The notes below the pieces were generated by a model. The model made no database searches, was not told where the DNA came from, and was given only the letters and a program-made list of their open reading frames with translations. A stretch of DNA of 64,000 nucleotides from an uncultured Gammaproteobacteria bacterium (lineage in GTDB: Bacteria; Patescibacteriota; Patescibacteriia; Patescibacteriales; BS150m-G62): positions 6,244-70,243 of the forward strand of contig CAZMSR010000004.1 in assembly GCA_964569045.1 (NCBI GenBank), read 5' to 3'. Below are positions 9,501-17,981 of this stretch, one piece after another (position 1 is the first letter of the stretch; each line of letters opens with the position of its first letter). The position numbers and the translations under genes are program-made.

Positions 9501-9557
9501 ATTGTGTATTTGATATTTTTTAGGGTGTGATTTAGAAGTTTATTTGCATGATCGTTA

Positions 9558-10763
9558 TTATTTTTTTGAATAGCTTTTTATTGTTAGTCCTTTTAATCCC
9601 GGCATTTCTTTTTGACTTAAATAAGCAAGCATTGCTCCTCCTCCCGTTGAAATCCAGTCAATATACTCTGACATTTTTGTTTGGTGTAGAGCTTCTATTG
9701 TCTCGCCTCCACCAACAACACCAAAAGCAATCCCATTGGATCTTGCTGCTATAGATTTTCCTATGGCTAATGTTCCGTGTTTGAATTTGTTATTTTCAAA
9801 TTTTCCCATAGGACCATTCCATACAATTGTTTTAGCTTTTTTAATAATTTTGGAATATAATTTTATAGTTTCAGGGCCAATGTCAAGTATTTTATCATAT
9901 GCCTGAATATCTTTTATATCTTTTTTTAGTATAGTCTCTCCTGTGTGTTTATCATATGTCCTTATTATTGCATCAATTGGAGTTATAATTTTTTGCTTGT
10001 CTTTGGATGTTAATTTATTTTTTAATAATTTAGTGTTCTTATTGTTTATTTTCGAAACCCCTGTTTCGTTGCCTATTAATTTCAAAAAAGAGTTTGCAAT
10101 AGCCCCACCAAGCAGCATGTAGTTAGCATTTTTGTATAATTTTGCGAGTATCGGAATTTTTGTTTCAAGTTTAATTCCTCCCATAATAACCACGAACGGT
10201 TTCTCAGGGTTGATAATTTTATTTAAGTTGCTAACTTCTCTTTCAAGTAAAAGTCCTCCGTAAGACGGTAAAAAGCGTTTAATGGCATCAATACTTGCGT
10301 GAGATCTGTGGCATACTGCAAATGCATTATTTACGTAAATATCTGCCAATCTTGAAAGTCGTTTTGCGAAATTATACGAATTTTTTGTTTCTTCTGGGTA
10401 ATTTCGAATATTTTCAAGAATAGTTATATCTTCATAATCTGTGTTTGCAATTTTTTCTTCTACTTTAAACCCGCAGCAATCATTTATGAAATTTACTTTT
10501 CCTGTAAATATCTTTCCTGATGTATTTTTTAGGATACTTTGAAGCTCTATGGCTACTTTTCGAAGCGAATTGTTAGCTGTTATATGGCTAATAATAATTA
10601 TTTTGCATTGCTGACGTAATAAGAAAAGAATAGTTAAGATACTTGACTTAATTTTAAAATTATCTGAAATTTCACCTTTATTAAAAGGTACATTAAAATC
10701 AACTCTAAGAAGTATTTTTTTTTCTTTTAAGTCTTTTGCTTGACGTATTGTTTTTATTTGCAT
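9558..10763 (-). CDS. pgk: phosphoglycerate kinase
   Basis: 401 aa with RVDFNVP, CHRSHASI, GGGETIEA and ISTGGGAMLAYL motifs. A TGCTATAAT extended -10 on the minus strand (complement of 10789-10797) lies just upstream. Confidence 0.93.
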   Translation of the reverse strand: MQIKTIRQAKDLKEKKILLRVDFNVPFNKGEISDNFKIKSSILTILFLLRQQCKIIIISHITANNSLRKVAIELQSILKNTSGKIFTGKVNFINDCCGFKVEEKIANTDYEDITILENIRNYPEETKNSYNFAKRLSRLADIYVNNAFAVCHRSHASIDAIKRFLPSYGGLLLEREVSNLNKIINPEKPFVVIMGGIKLETKIPILAKLYKNANYMLLGGAIANSFLKLIGNETGVSKINNKNTKLLKNKLTSKDKQKIITPIDAIIRTYDKHTGETILKKDIKDIQAYDKILDIGPETIKLYSKIIKKAKTIVWNGPMGKFENNKFKHGTLAIGKSIAARSNGIAFGVVGGGETIEALHQTKMSEYIDWISTGGGAMLAYLSQKEMPGLKGLTIKSYSKK

Positions 10764-10806
10764 GGGGATAATTTTGTATCTTTTTATTATTATAGCATAC
10801 TTTGAT

Positions 10807-11571
10807 TTACATCCATCTGGTTGTTATAGTTGTTAGTATAATTCCAATTAGCCCAACGCTTATATATAATTGAATATTGTGTCTACTAAGGGTTCCTTTT
10901 ATGTGATGTTGAGTGAGTCCGATTGTTACATAATTGCACAATGATAGTATTAGGCCTAGTGTCATGTAATTAAAAGGTAAAAAAGCAATAATACAGGCTA
11001 ATTCCACGGTGGCTATGCATATAATAAACCATAATATTTTAATATTATTTGTTTTATTTATACTATTTATATATTTTTTTTCTAAGGATATTGTGTTGAG
11101 TGCATTATAAATTAGTAGTGCTATTAATGGTGTAAGGAGAATTAATAGCCAAAATAAATTAAGACTAAGGTAGGCTAAAAGTCCATAAATGAACGAGGAA
11201 GAGAAGTAGAATGCAATAAAATTACCATAAAGAGTTATATTCTTGTAGTTTGATGTTGAATCAAATGTTCTTTTGGATAAGAAGGTCGATTGTAAATTAT
11301 AAAACCAAAATAAGAAAAAAGTAGCAGAAGTTAATAATATCTGTATTATAATTTTATTTTCTAGTAGAATTGTAAAGGATGAAACGCTGCTTGCTAGAAT
11401 TGAAGGCAGAATTGCGTTTGATAAATTTTTGCTAAATTTAATGGAATGTACAATAAAGCAAATATTAATAATTGGAAGTGATATAAAAAATAGTTTTGTT
11501 GAAAATAAATGTAATTCTAGAATAAAAAAAATTATAACAACAAAAAGTAGATTTTTTTTATTTTTTTGCAT
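10807..11571 (-). CDS. hypothetical polytopic membrane protein
   Basis: 254-aa ORF made of hydrophobic segments and tightly packed with its neighbours (3-nt gap to the upstream gene). No family was recognised. Confidence 0.5.
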   Translation of the reverse strand: MQKNKKNLLFVVIIFFILELHLFSTKLFFISLPIINICFIVHSIKFSKNLSNAILPSILASSVSSFTILLENKIIIQILLTSATFFLFWFYNLQSTFLSKRTFDSTSNYKNITLYGNFIAFYFSSSFIYGLLAYLSLNLFWLLILLTPLIALLIYNALNTISLEKKYINSINKTNNIKILWFIICIATVELACIIAFLPFNYMTLGLILSLCNYVTIGLTQHHIKGTLSRHNIQLYISVGLIGIILTTITTRWM

Positions 11572-11573
11572 AT

Positions 11574-11900
11574 TTATTTAAATAATTCTTCCTTTATTTC
11601 CTTCCATTCGTTTGTGTTTTTATCAAATTTATATGCGTTAAGAGTGTGTCGCACTTCGCTATCGGAGTAAATATACTCTACTTGTTGTGCAGACCCTATT
11701 CTATTCGAATATGTTACTTTTTTATTAAGAATTGTCGGCTTAGTAATTAGTTCGAGCCTTATTTTTCCAATTGGTACGTTGAAAATAATGAATTCAATTG
11801 ATATTCCTCCTTCTTCTTCTATTTTTTCGGTCCCTTTGTCTAGAATTTCAAATTTTTCTTTAATATCTGAAATTATATCGTTCCACCTATCTTTTGTCAT
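11574..11900 (-). CDS. hypothetical protein
   Basis: 108-aa ORF with normal amino-acid composition, in an operon-like position. No family was recognised. Confidence 0.45.
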   Translation of the reverse strand: MTKDRWNDIISDIKEKFEILDKGTEKIEEEGGISIEFIIFNVPIGKIRLELITKPTILNKKVTYSNRIGSAQQVEYIYSDSEVRHTLNAYKFDKNTNEWKEIKEELFK

Positions 11901-11917
11901 AAGATTTTTTGTAGCCT

Positions 11918-12065
11918 AGAACTCTCACTAAATTCGTTTTTTTATAAATTGTTAATTTTGACTAAATTTTTTTGACCTATCTTCGGGTATGTCACAGAAA
12001 GTATTCAAAAAATTTATTTTAAAATTTTCTAATTTATGAATTAAAGCGAGTTTAGCGACAGTTAT
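11918..12065. repeat. hairpin-type intergenic repeat (inverted copy of the 19744-19901 element)
   Basis: The right arm GCGAGTTTAGCGACAGTT (12046-12063) is 17/18 identical to 19883-19900. The left arm AGAACTCTCACTAAATTCG is degraded. The interior aligns over its length with the reverse complement of 19744-19901. The apex carries a c-TTCG-g tetraloop hairpin (11981-11986). Confidence 0.7.
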
Positions 12066-12138
12066 ATATTAGTTTTTTGCTATTCTTGAATGAATACTTG
12101 TAGTATTTTTAGCTAACAGTAGTTTTTTCTAGAGTTTA

Positions 12139-13182
12139 TTAATAGTAAACTGCTTTAGTTGATCCGCTTCTTGTGTATTTTTTAGCTACCATTGGGTCAA
12201 TTTTTTTATCTTTAACGAGTTGTTCAATTGATTTATTCATTGTTATCATTCCATCTTTGGATCCTGTTTGAATTGCTGATTGAATTTGAGCTGATTTATT
12301 TGTTCTAATTAGATTAGCTACAGCTGAATTATTTATAAGTATTTCGTATGCTGCTACTCGGCCTTCTTCTTTTTTTGGGATTAATTTTTGTGAAATGACT
12401 GCTCTAAGTGAAGAAGCTAGCTGGATTAGTATTTGTCTTTGTTGGTGTGCTGGAAAAACATCAACAATCCTTTCGATAGTTTCGGTTGCTGTTGAGGTGT
12501 GTAATGTGGATAAAACTACATGACCAGTTTCTGCTGCAGTCAGGGCAGCAGAAATTGTGTCAAGATCTCTCATTTCTCCAACCATGATAACATCAGGATC
12601 TTGACGGAGGGCATATTTAAGCGCTTTATCAAAGGATGTTGTATCTTGTCCTAATTCTCTTTGTTCAATTATTGATTTATCTTCAGTGAATTTGTATTCA
12701 ATTGGATCCTCGATGGTTATTATGTGTTCATCTCTTGTAGTGTTAATATTATTAATCATTGATGCTAATGTAGTTGATTTACCAGAGCCGGTTGGACCTG
12801 TTATTAAAATTAATCCATCCATTAATCTTGTGAGTTTTGTCATTGTTTCAGTAAAGCCAAGTTCTTTTGGAGTGAGGATGTTGTTAATGATTAAGCGTGC
12901 AGTTAAAGCAATTTTATTTTGTTGATGATGTAAATTAATTCTAAATCTGTATCCAAAAAATTCATGTGAAAAATCAAGATCTAATTCATGTTCAAATTGA
13001 TTAATTTGTTCATTACTTAAAATTTCGTAAATTTCTTTTTTAACAAAATTTTTTGATATTTCAGTCTCACCTATTCTTATTAAATTTCCATCAACTCTTA
13101 TTGTTGGCTTACTTCCCTCAATTAGATGAAGGTCTGATCCTTTTTTATTAATAGCTTCTTTAAAGTATTTATCTATTGACAT
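12139..13182 (-). CDS. pilT: type IV pilus retraction ATPase PilT
   Basis: 347 aa with Walker A GPTGSGKSTT, Walker B DPDVIMVGEMRD, His box TGHVVLSTLHT and the PilT-type AVANLIRTNK motif. Confidence 0.88.
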   Translation of the reverse strand: MSIDKYFKEAINKKGSDLHLIEGSKPTIRVDGNLIRIGETEISKNFVKKEIYEILSNEQINQFEHELDLDFSHEFFGYRFRINLHHQQNKIALTARLIINNILTPKELGFTETMTKLTRLMDGLILITGPTGSGKSTTLASMINNINTTRDEHIITIEDPIEYKFTEDKSIIEQRELGQDTTSFDKALKYALRQDPDVIMVGEMRDLDTISAALTAAETGHVVLSTLHTSTATETIERIVDVFPAHQQRQILIQLASSLRAVISQKLIPKKEEGRVAAYEILINNSAVANLIRTNKSAQIQSAIQTGSKDGMITMNKSIEQLVKDKKIDPMVAKKYTRSGSTKAVYY

Positions 13183-13250
13183 GTTATTGTTTAAAAAAAT
13201 TAAAAATATTTGCTATTCTTAAAATTTTATTATTTTCTCATATTTATTGA

Positions 13251-13799
13251 TTAATTTATGGAAAATTCACAGCCGCAGTAGTTTTGTCTGTATAGACCTA
13301 GTTTTTTTGCGAGAATTGTAGCTTTTAAATACCCATTGTCTTTTTTGAAATTTTGGTTTAAAAAGTTTGGGTAATTAGTTTTTTCTAATTTTAATCCTAT
13401 TTCTAATATATCACTTGATTTTTTATGAGGGCTAATAGTTAATGTTGTGGTGAAATAGTTAAATTTTAGTTTATTTGCCTTGTTGCGTGTCTTTTTTAAT
13501 CTATCAGTATAGCATATTTTACACCTATCTTCCCCTTCTTTATCGCTTTCATGACCTTTGATCAAGTTTTTCCAGTAATTGTGATTGTAGTCCTCTGTTA
13601 TTAGATTATAGTTAAATTGTTTTGAAATTTTTTTTACTTCATTTAGTCTTTTGTTGTATTCGTATTTTGGAAAAATGTTGGGATTATAAAAATAAAGTGT
13701 GACATTGTATTTTTTAGTAAGTTCTTTTACGATATTCGCTCCGCAACTCATACAGCATGTGTGAAGTAACAGGTTGTTTAGGTGTTTTTCCATGGACAA
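13251..13799 (-). CDS. queH: epoxyqueuosine reductase QueH (DUF208)
   Basis: 182 aa with LLLHTCCMSCG, FYNPNIFPKYEY, CKICYTDRL and YRQNYCGCEFS cysteine motifs characteristic of QueH. Confidence 0.8.
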   Translation of the reverse strand: MSMEKHLNNLLLHTCCMSCGANIVKELTKKYNVTLYFYNPNIFPKYEYNKRLNEVKKISKQFNYNLITEDYNHNYWKNLIKGHESDKEGEDRCKICYTDRLKKTRNKANKLKFNYFTTTLTISPHKKSSDILEIGLKLEKTNYPNFLNQNFKKDNGYLKATILAKKLGLYRQNYCGCEFSIN

Positions 13800-13847
13800 T
13801 GAGTAGTAGACTATATTAAAGTCCTGAATATGTTGTTTGCTTGATGT

Positions 13848-14549
13848 TTAATTCCCGCCATACCTTCTTTTTCGTTTCGAATACTCTTCTATTATTTTAA
13901 TTACATCTTGTTTTTCAAGTTCCGGCCAATATTTTTCTAGAAATAGAAATTCAGAATAAACTGATTGCCAAAGCAAAAATCCAGATAAGCGTTTTTCTCC
14001 AGATGTTCTAATTATTAAGTCAGGATCAGGGATGTCTTTTGTATAAAGTCGTTTGTTTATTTCTTCTTCATTGATATTTTTTTCTTTTAAATTATCTTTA
14101 ATAATTGATTTTACAGCTTCAATTATTTCAAGTCTTCCCCCATAGTTCATGCATATGTTAATAATGCCATTTTTTCCATCAGAGGTGTCTCTCATTATGC
14201 ATCTGCATGCATCAGGTAAGTCACCGGGGAGTTCATTGATGTTTCCACTAATTAGTATTTTGTAGTCTTTTTTTAATGCCATTACTCGCTCTTCTTCTAT
14301 TGCTCTTTTTAGTAAACTTATTAAATAGTTTACTTCTATTTGTGGTCTTTTCCAGTTTTCAGTTGAGAAAGAAAATAGTGATACAATTTTTATGCCTTGT
14401 GAAAAAAACCAGTCAGGAGCTTTTTTTGCGATTTCATAACCTTTTAAATGACCTTCTATGTTAGGTAAATTTCTTTCATTAGCCCATCTTCTATTGCCGT
14501 CCATTATTATTCCAACATGTTTTGGCGTGTTTTTTTTAGTATTTGACAT
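13848..14549 (-). CDS. uppS: isoprenyl transferase (undecaprenyl diphosphate synthase)
   Basis: 233 aa with HVGIIMDGNRRWA and IRTSGEKRLSGFLLWQSVYSEF motifs. Confidence 0.92.
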   Translation of the reverse strand: MSNTKKNTPKHVGIIMDGNRRWANERNLPNIEGHLKGYEIAKKAPDWFFSQGIKIVSLFSFSTENWKRPQIEVNYLISLLKRAIEEERVMALKKDYKILISGNINELPGDLPDACRCIMRDTSDGKNGIINICMNYGGRLEIIEAVKSIIKDNLKEKNINEEEINKRLYTKDIPDPDLIIRTSGEKRLSGFLLWQSVYSEFLFLEKYWPELEKQDVIKIIEEYSKRKRRYGGN

Positions 14550-14599
14550 ATTGATGTAGGAATAATTAAATATGTCTAGTTTTTTTGAATTAATTATTA

Positions 14600-14875
14600 C
14601 TAGTGAATTTTATTATTTATTAATTTTATTAATTTAATTTTGCTATTTTTACCATTTAATATTATAACATTTGTTTTTGGAATATCAAGGTTTAATGCAA
14701 GAAAATGTATTAGTTTATTGTTGGCTTTTTGATCTTTTGGTGACGCGGAAATGTCTATTTTATAGGTATTATCAGTTAATATTTGTTTTATTAGGGTCTT
14801 TTTAGCATTTGGATTAGCTTTAATTCTGAGGTATGTTACTTTATTGTTTTTTAGTTGTGATTTAAGATTTTGCAC
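14600..14875 (-). CDS. DUF167 (YggU) family protein
   Basis: 91 aa with the family pattern ISASPKDQKANNKLIHFLA...ILNGKNSKIKLI. Confidence 0.65.
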   Translation of the reverse strand: MQNLKSQLKNNKVTYLRIKANPNAKKTLIKQILTDNTYKIDISASPKDQKANNKLIHFLALNLDIPKTNVIILNGKNSKIKLIKLINNKIH

Positions 14876-14876
14876 T

Positions 14877-15230
14877 TTATTTGATTTTTTTATAAACAGG
14901 GTTAAATATTTTTAGTGGATTTGTATATTTTGTTTTTTTTGTCTGATTAATGATATTTATGCGAGCATAATTCAAGGCATTTGCTGTTATAATACCTATT
15001 CTAAGTGATGTAAAGCTACCTCCTTTGTTATTAATTTTTATGCTATGAAGATTGTTTGAGTTTAGGTTGGCTTTTTTTAATAAAATGTCAATGTTTTTAA
15101 GAAGTTTGTCTGCTTGTTGATTTTTGGAGGCTATTTTTTTTTCTATGTATTGCCTGTGTGTTTGAAGCTTGAGTATTATGTGATTTCTAGTTGTTGTGTC
15201 AATAAATAGTTGATTCATTTTTTTTAACAT
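14877..15230 (-). CDS. tsaB: short TsaB/YeaZ-like protein (N-terminal subdomain only)
   Basis: LFIDTTT near the N-terminus and GGSFTSLRIGIITANALNYA match the TsaB LAIDT / GPGSFTGxRIG motifs. The start was moved to the Met at 15230 (MLKKMNQ) to avoid a 46-nt overlap with the upstream gene. At about 117 aa it is roughly half the usual TsaB length. Confidence 0.55.
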   Translation of the reverse strand: MLKKMNQLFIDTTTRNHIILKLQTHRQYIEKKIASKNQQADKLLKNIDILLKKANLNSNNLHSIKINNKGGSFTSLRIGIITANALNYARINIINQTKKTKYTNPLKIFNPVYKKIK

Positions 15231-15232
15231 AT

Positions 15233-15919
15233 TTATAAGCCGGTAAAGCTTATAAATAGAAATAATATGATTGGCCAAATAAAATTAAACAAACCTAGAT
15301 ACAGAAAGCCAAAAATTATAAAAAAACCATATGGCTCCACTCTATCCATTATAATTTGTCCATTTGGCGGTAAATATGTTTTTAAGATTTTTGATCCATC
15401 AAGTGGTGGTAATGGTACTAAATTAAAAGCCATTAACAATAGATTTATAAAACAAAATATAATTAGCATTGTAAAAATACTAGCATGTAATGATCCATTC
15501 ATTAAACTTGTTATGATTTCGTAATCTCCACTAAAATAAGCATTGGTTATTGTGTTTTTGGTGATTTTCCCAAGTGGTAATAATTGACCTGCTCCGCCAG
15601 CTATTATAGCAATTGCAAGATTGGAAATCGGACCCCCGGCAGCTACCTTTAAGTCCCCATATTTTTGATCAGATAGGTTGTGCGGATTATAGGGAACCGG
15701 TTTAGCCCAGCCAATTAAAAAATTAGATTTTGATAATATTAATATGAGTGGTAAAAGTAGAGTGCCAAATAAATCAATGTGTGCTAATGGGTTTAATGTT
15801 AACCTCCCTTCATTTTTTGCAGTGTGATCCCCTAGTTTATATGCCACTAACCCATGTGCGCATTCGTGCAGAATCGCAGAAAATATTAATATTGCAATTG
15901 TTAATATTGGGATGCTCAT
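15233..15919 (-). CDS. site-2 protease family (M50) zinc metalloprotease
   Basis: 228-aa polytopic ORF with HECAHG (HExxH) in the first TM helix and a downstream NLVPLPPLDG motif. Confidence 0.8.
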   Translation of the reverse strand: MSIPILTIAILIFSAILHECAHGLVAYKLGDHTAKNEGRLTLNPLAHIDLFGTLLLPLILILSKSNFLIGWAKPVPYNPHNLSDQKYGDLKVAAGGPISNLAIAIIAGGAGQLLPLGKITKNTITNAYFSGDYEIITSLMNGSLHASIFTMLIIFCFINLLLMAFNLVPLPPLDGSKILKTYLPPNGQIIMDRVEPYGFFIIFGFLYLGLFNFIWPIILFLFISFTGL

Positions 15920-15994
15920 AAAATTTAAATAAATAAACTAGCATAATATATTTATTATATGACTATTGTTGCATTGTTTTTTGTAGATGGTTTA

Positions 15995-17839
15995 TTAATT
16001 AATATTAATCTCCTCTCCTTCATTTAATTCACCTATGGTGCTATTAGATTCTTGAGTTTTTTTTGGCTTAATTATTGATGCATTGTTTTGTGTGACATTG
16101 GTAGCTTGTTTATTTGTAGCCCCTCCGAAACGTATTGGGTTTGATCTTAGAGCTTGATTAATCGGTGTAAGATTGTTGTTTGTTTTATTTAATGTACTTA
16201 AATTTAACTTGAAATTGCTGTTTTCTATATTTTCTTTTTTTTGATTAAATCTAGCTATTTCTTCTTGTTTTTGTTTTATTCTTAGGGTTTCTTTATTTTT
16301 TTTTAACTCTTTTTGCATTAAAAGACATTCTTTGCAATATATTGGTCTTAGTCCATCCGGTTTAAATGTAACCATAGTTGTTTTATTACAGTTTGAGCAG
16401 TTTATGATGTTAGTATCTTTTTGGATATTAGATTTGTGTGTGTCGTCTTGTGTGTTAAAGTACTGGGTTGTGCGGCTTGTTCTGTCTGGGTAAATGTATT
16501 TTTTTTCTGGACTAAATTCTTTTTTTACTTTTGTAAAAGGTGGTTGATTTTTTACTCCTTCTTCGGGTTCTTCGTGCCATTTGGCAATTTTTTCTTCAAT
16601 TATATGCCTGTGCATTGAATATTTTTCACGAGAGGCTTTAATTATTTTATCTTGAACATTGGTTTTTTGTTCTAAGGTTTTCGGGGGTAATCCTTTTGCA
16701 GAAAAGGGATCTGAAGCAACTCCATCAATCATTAGTTTGCAGTAAAATTCATATTTTGGAATATTAACTATATCTTGTTCGTCAAATGTTGGTGTGAATT
16801 CTGGAACTAAAGTTTCAGCATCCTGAGCACCAACTCTAAATACTGTAAAAGAGCCAACATTGCCGAAGACTGCGTCTCTTACTTTTTCATCTAATTGTTC
16901 AATGTATTGATGTGCCATTATTAAATTTAAGCGATATTTTCTGGCTTCCGATAATATATTAGCAAAACTTTCTGTGGCAAAATTTTGAAATTCATCAACA
17001 TATAAATAAAAATCTTGTCTTGTTGATTCAGGAATATCTACTCGACTCATGGCGGCTAATTGAATTTTGGTTATCATCATAGCACCAAGTAATTGCATGT
17101 TATCTTCTCCTATTAATCCTTTTGATAAATTCATTATTAAAATTTTCTTTTCATCCATAATTTCTCGGACGTTAATGGAAGATTTTACTTGACCTACAAT
17201 ATTTCTGATCAATGAAGCAGATAAAAATTGCCCTACTTTATTTTGAATAGGAGCAACAGCTTCTGAAGCAAATTTATCTGTATAGCTGGCAAATTCTTTT
17301 GTCCAGAAAGATTTTACTACCGGGTCTTTAATGTGTGTAATTATTTTTTTCCTAAAATCTTTGTCAGAAAGCATACGAACTACAGCGAGTAATGTTGCTT
17401 CTGGATAGTCTAATACTGCTAAAATTGCATTTCTTAGCGTGTATTCAAGTCTTGGACCCCATGAATCTGCCCATAATTTTTTAAATACCCCAAGTAGCCC
17501 TGATGCTACTAAATGTCTGAAATGAGGGTCAACATGTTCAATTACATTGAAAGCAATGGGATGATCAATATCACCTGGATTGAAATATATTACATCGTTA
17601 ATTCTGTGACTAGGTATATATTCAATGATTTTTTCTGCTAAATCTCCGTGAGGGTCTGTAACTGCAAGACCGCGACCAGCATTTATGTCATCAATAATCA
17701 TATTCTCAAGTAGTGTTGACTTGCCCATCCCTGTTTTTCCTATTAAGTACATGTGTCTTCTGCGATCATCAGCCTTGATTCCAAAGCGTCGCATTTCATT
17801 TCTGAAAGTTGTTTTACCAAATAAGGTTATTTCATTCAT
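15995..17839 (-). CDS. TraD/TraG/VirD4-like P-loop ATPase with C-terminal zinc ribbon
   Basis: 614 aa with Walker A GKTGMGKST, Walker B FYLYVDEFQNF and a RKYRLNLIMAHQ arginine-finger-like region. The C-terminus has CSNCNKTTMVTFKPDGLRPIYCKECL (CxxC-x17-CxxC) followed by a K/N/Q-rich tail. Confidence 0.75.
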   Translation of the reverse strand: MNEITLFGKTTFRNEMRRFGIKADDRRRHMYLIGKTGMGKSTLLENMIIDDINAGRGLAVTDPHGDLAEKIIEYIPSHRINDVIYFNPGDIDHPIAFNVIEHVDPHFRHLVASGLLGVFKKLWADSWGPRLEYTLRNAILAVLDYPEATLLAVVRMLSDKDFRKKIITHIKDPVVKSFWTKEFASYTDKFASEAVAPIQNKVGQFLSASLIRNIVGQVKSSINVREIMDEKKILIMNLSKGLIGEDNMQLLGAMMITKIQLAAMSRVDIPESTRQDFYLYVDEFQNFATESFANILSEARKYRLNLIMAHQYIEQLDEKVRDAVFGNVGSFTVFRVGAQDAETLVPEFTPTFDEQDIVNIPKYEFYCKLMIDGVASDPFSAKGLPPKTLEQKTNVQDKIIKASREKYSMHRHIIEEKIAKWHEEPEEGVKNQPPFTKVKKEFSPEKKYIYPDRTSRTTQYFNTQDDTHKSNIQKDTNIINCSNCNKTTMVTFKPDGLRPIYCKECLLMQKELKKNKETLRIKQKQEEIARFNQKKENIENSNFKLNLSTLNKTNNNLTPINQALRSNPIRFGGATNKQATNVTQNNASIIKPKKTQESNSTIGELNEGEEININ

Positions 17840-17981
17840 ATGATTAATAATTATTAATTTTTATTAATATTATTATTTATTAGTTTTTTAGTCAATTTTA
17901 TTGTGTTTTATTATCTGTATTTTGCTTTAGTGAGTATATTTTTTCACTACGGTTGTGGTTTGTTCACTTTTTTATGTTTTT

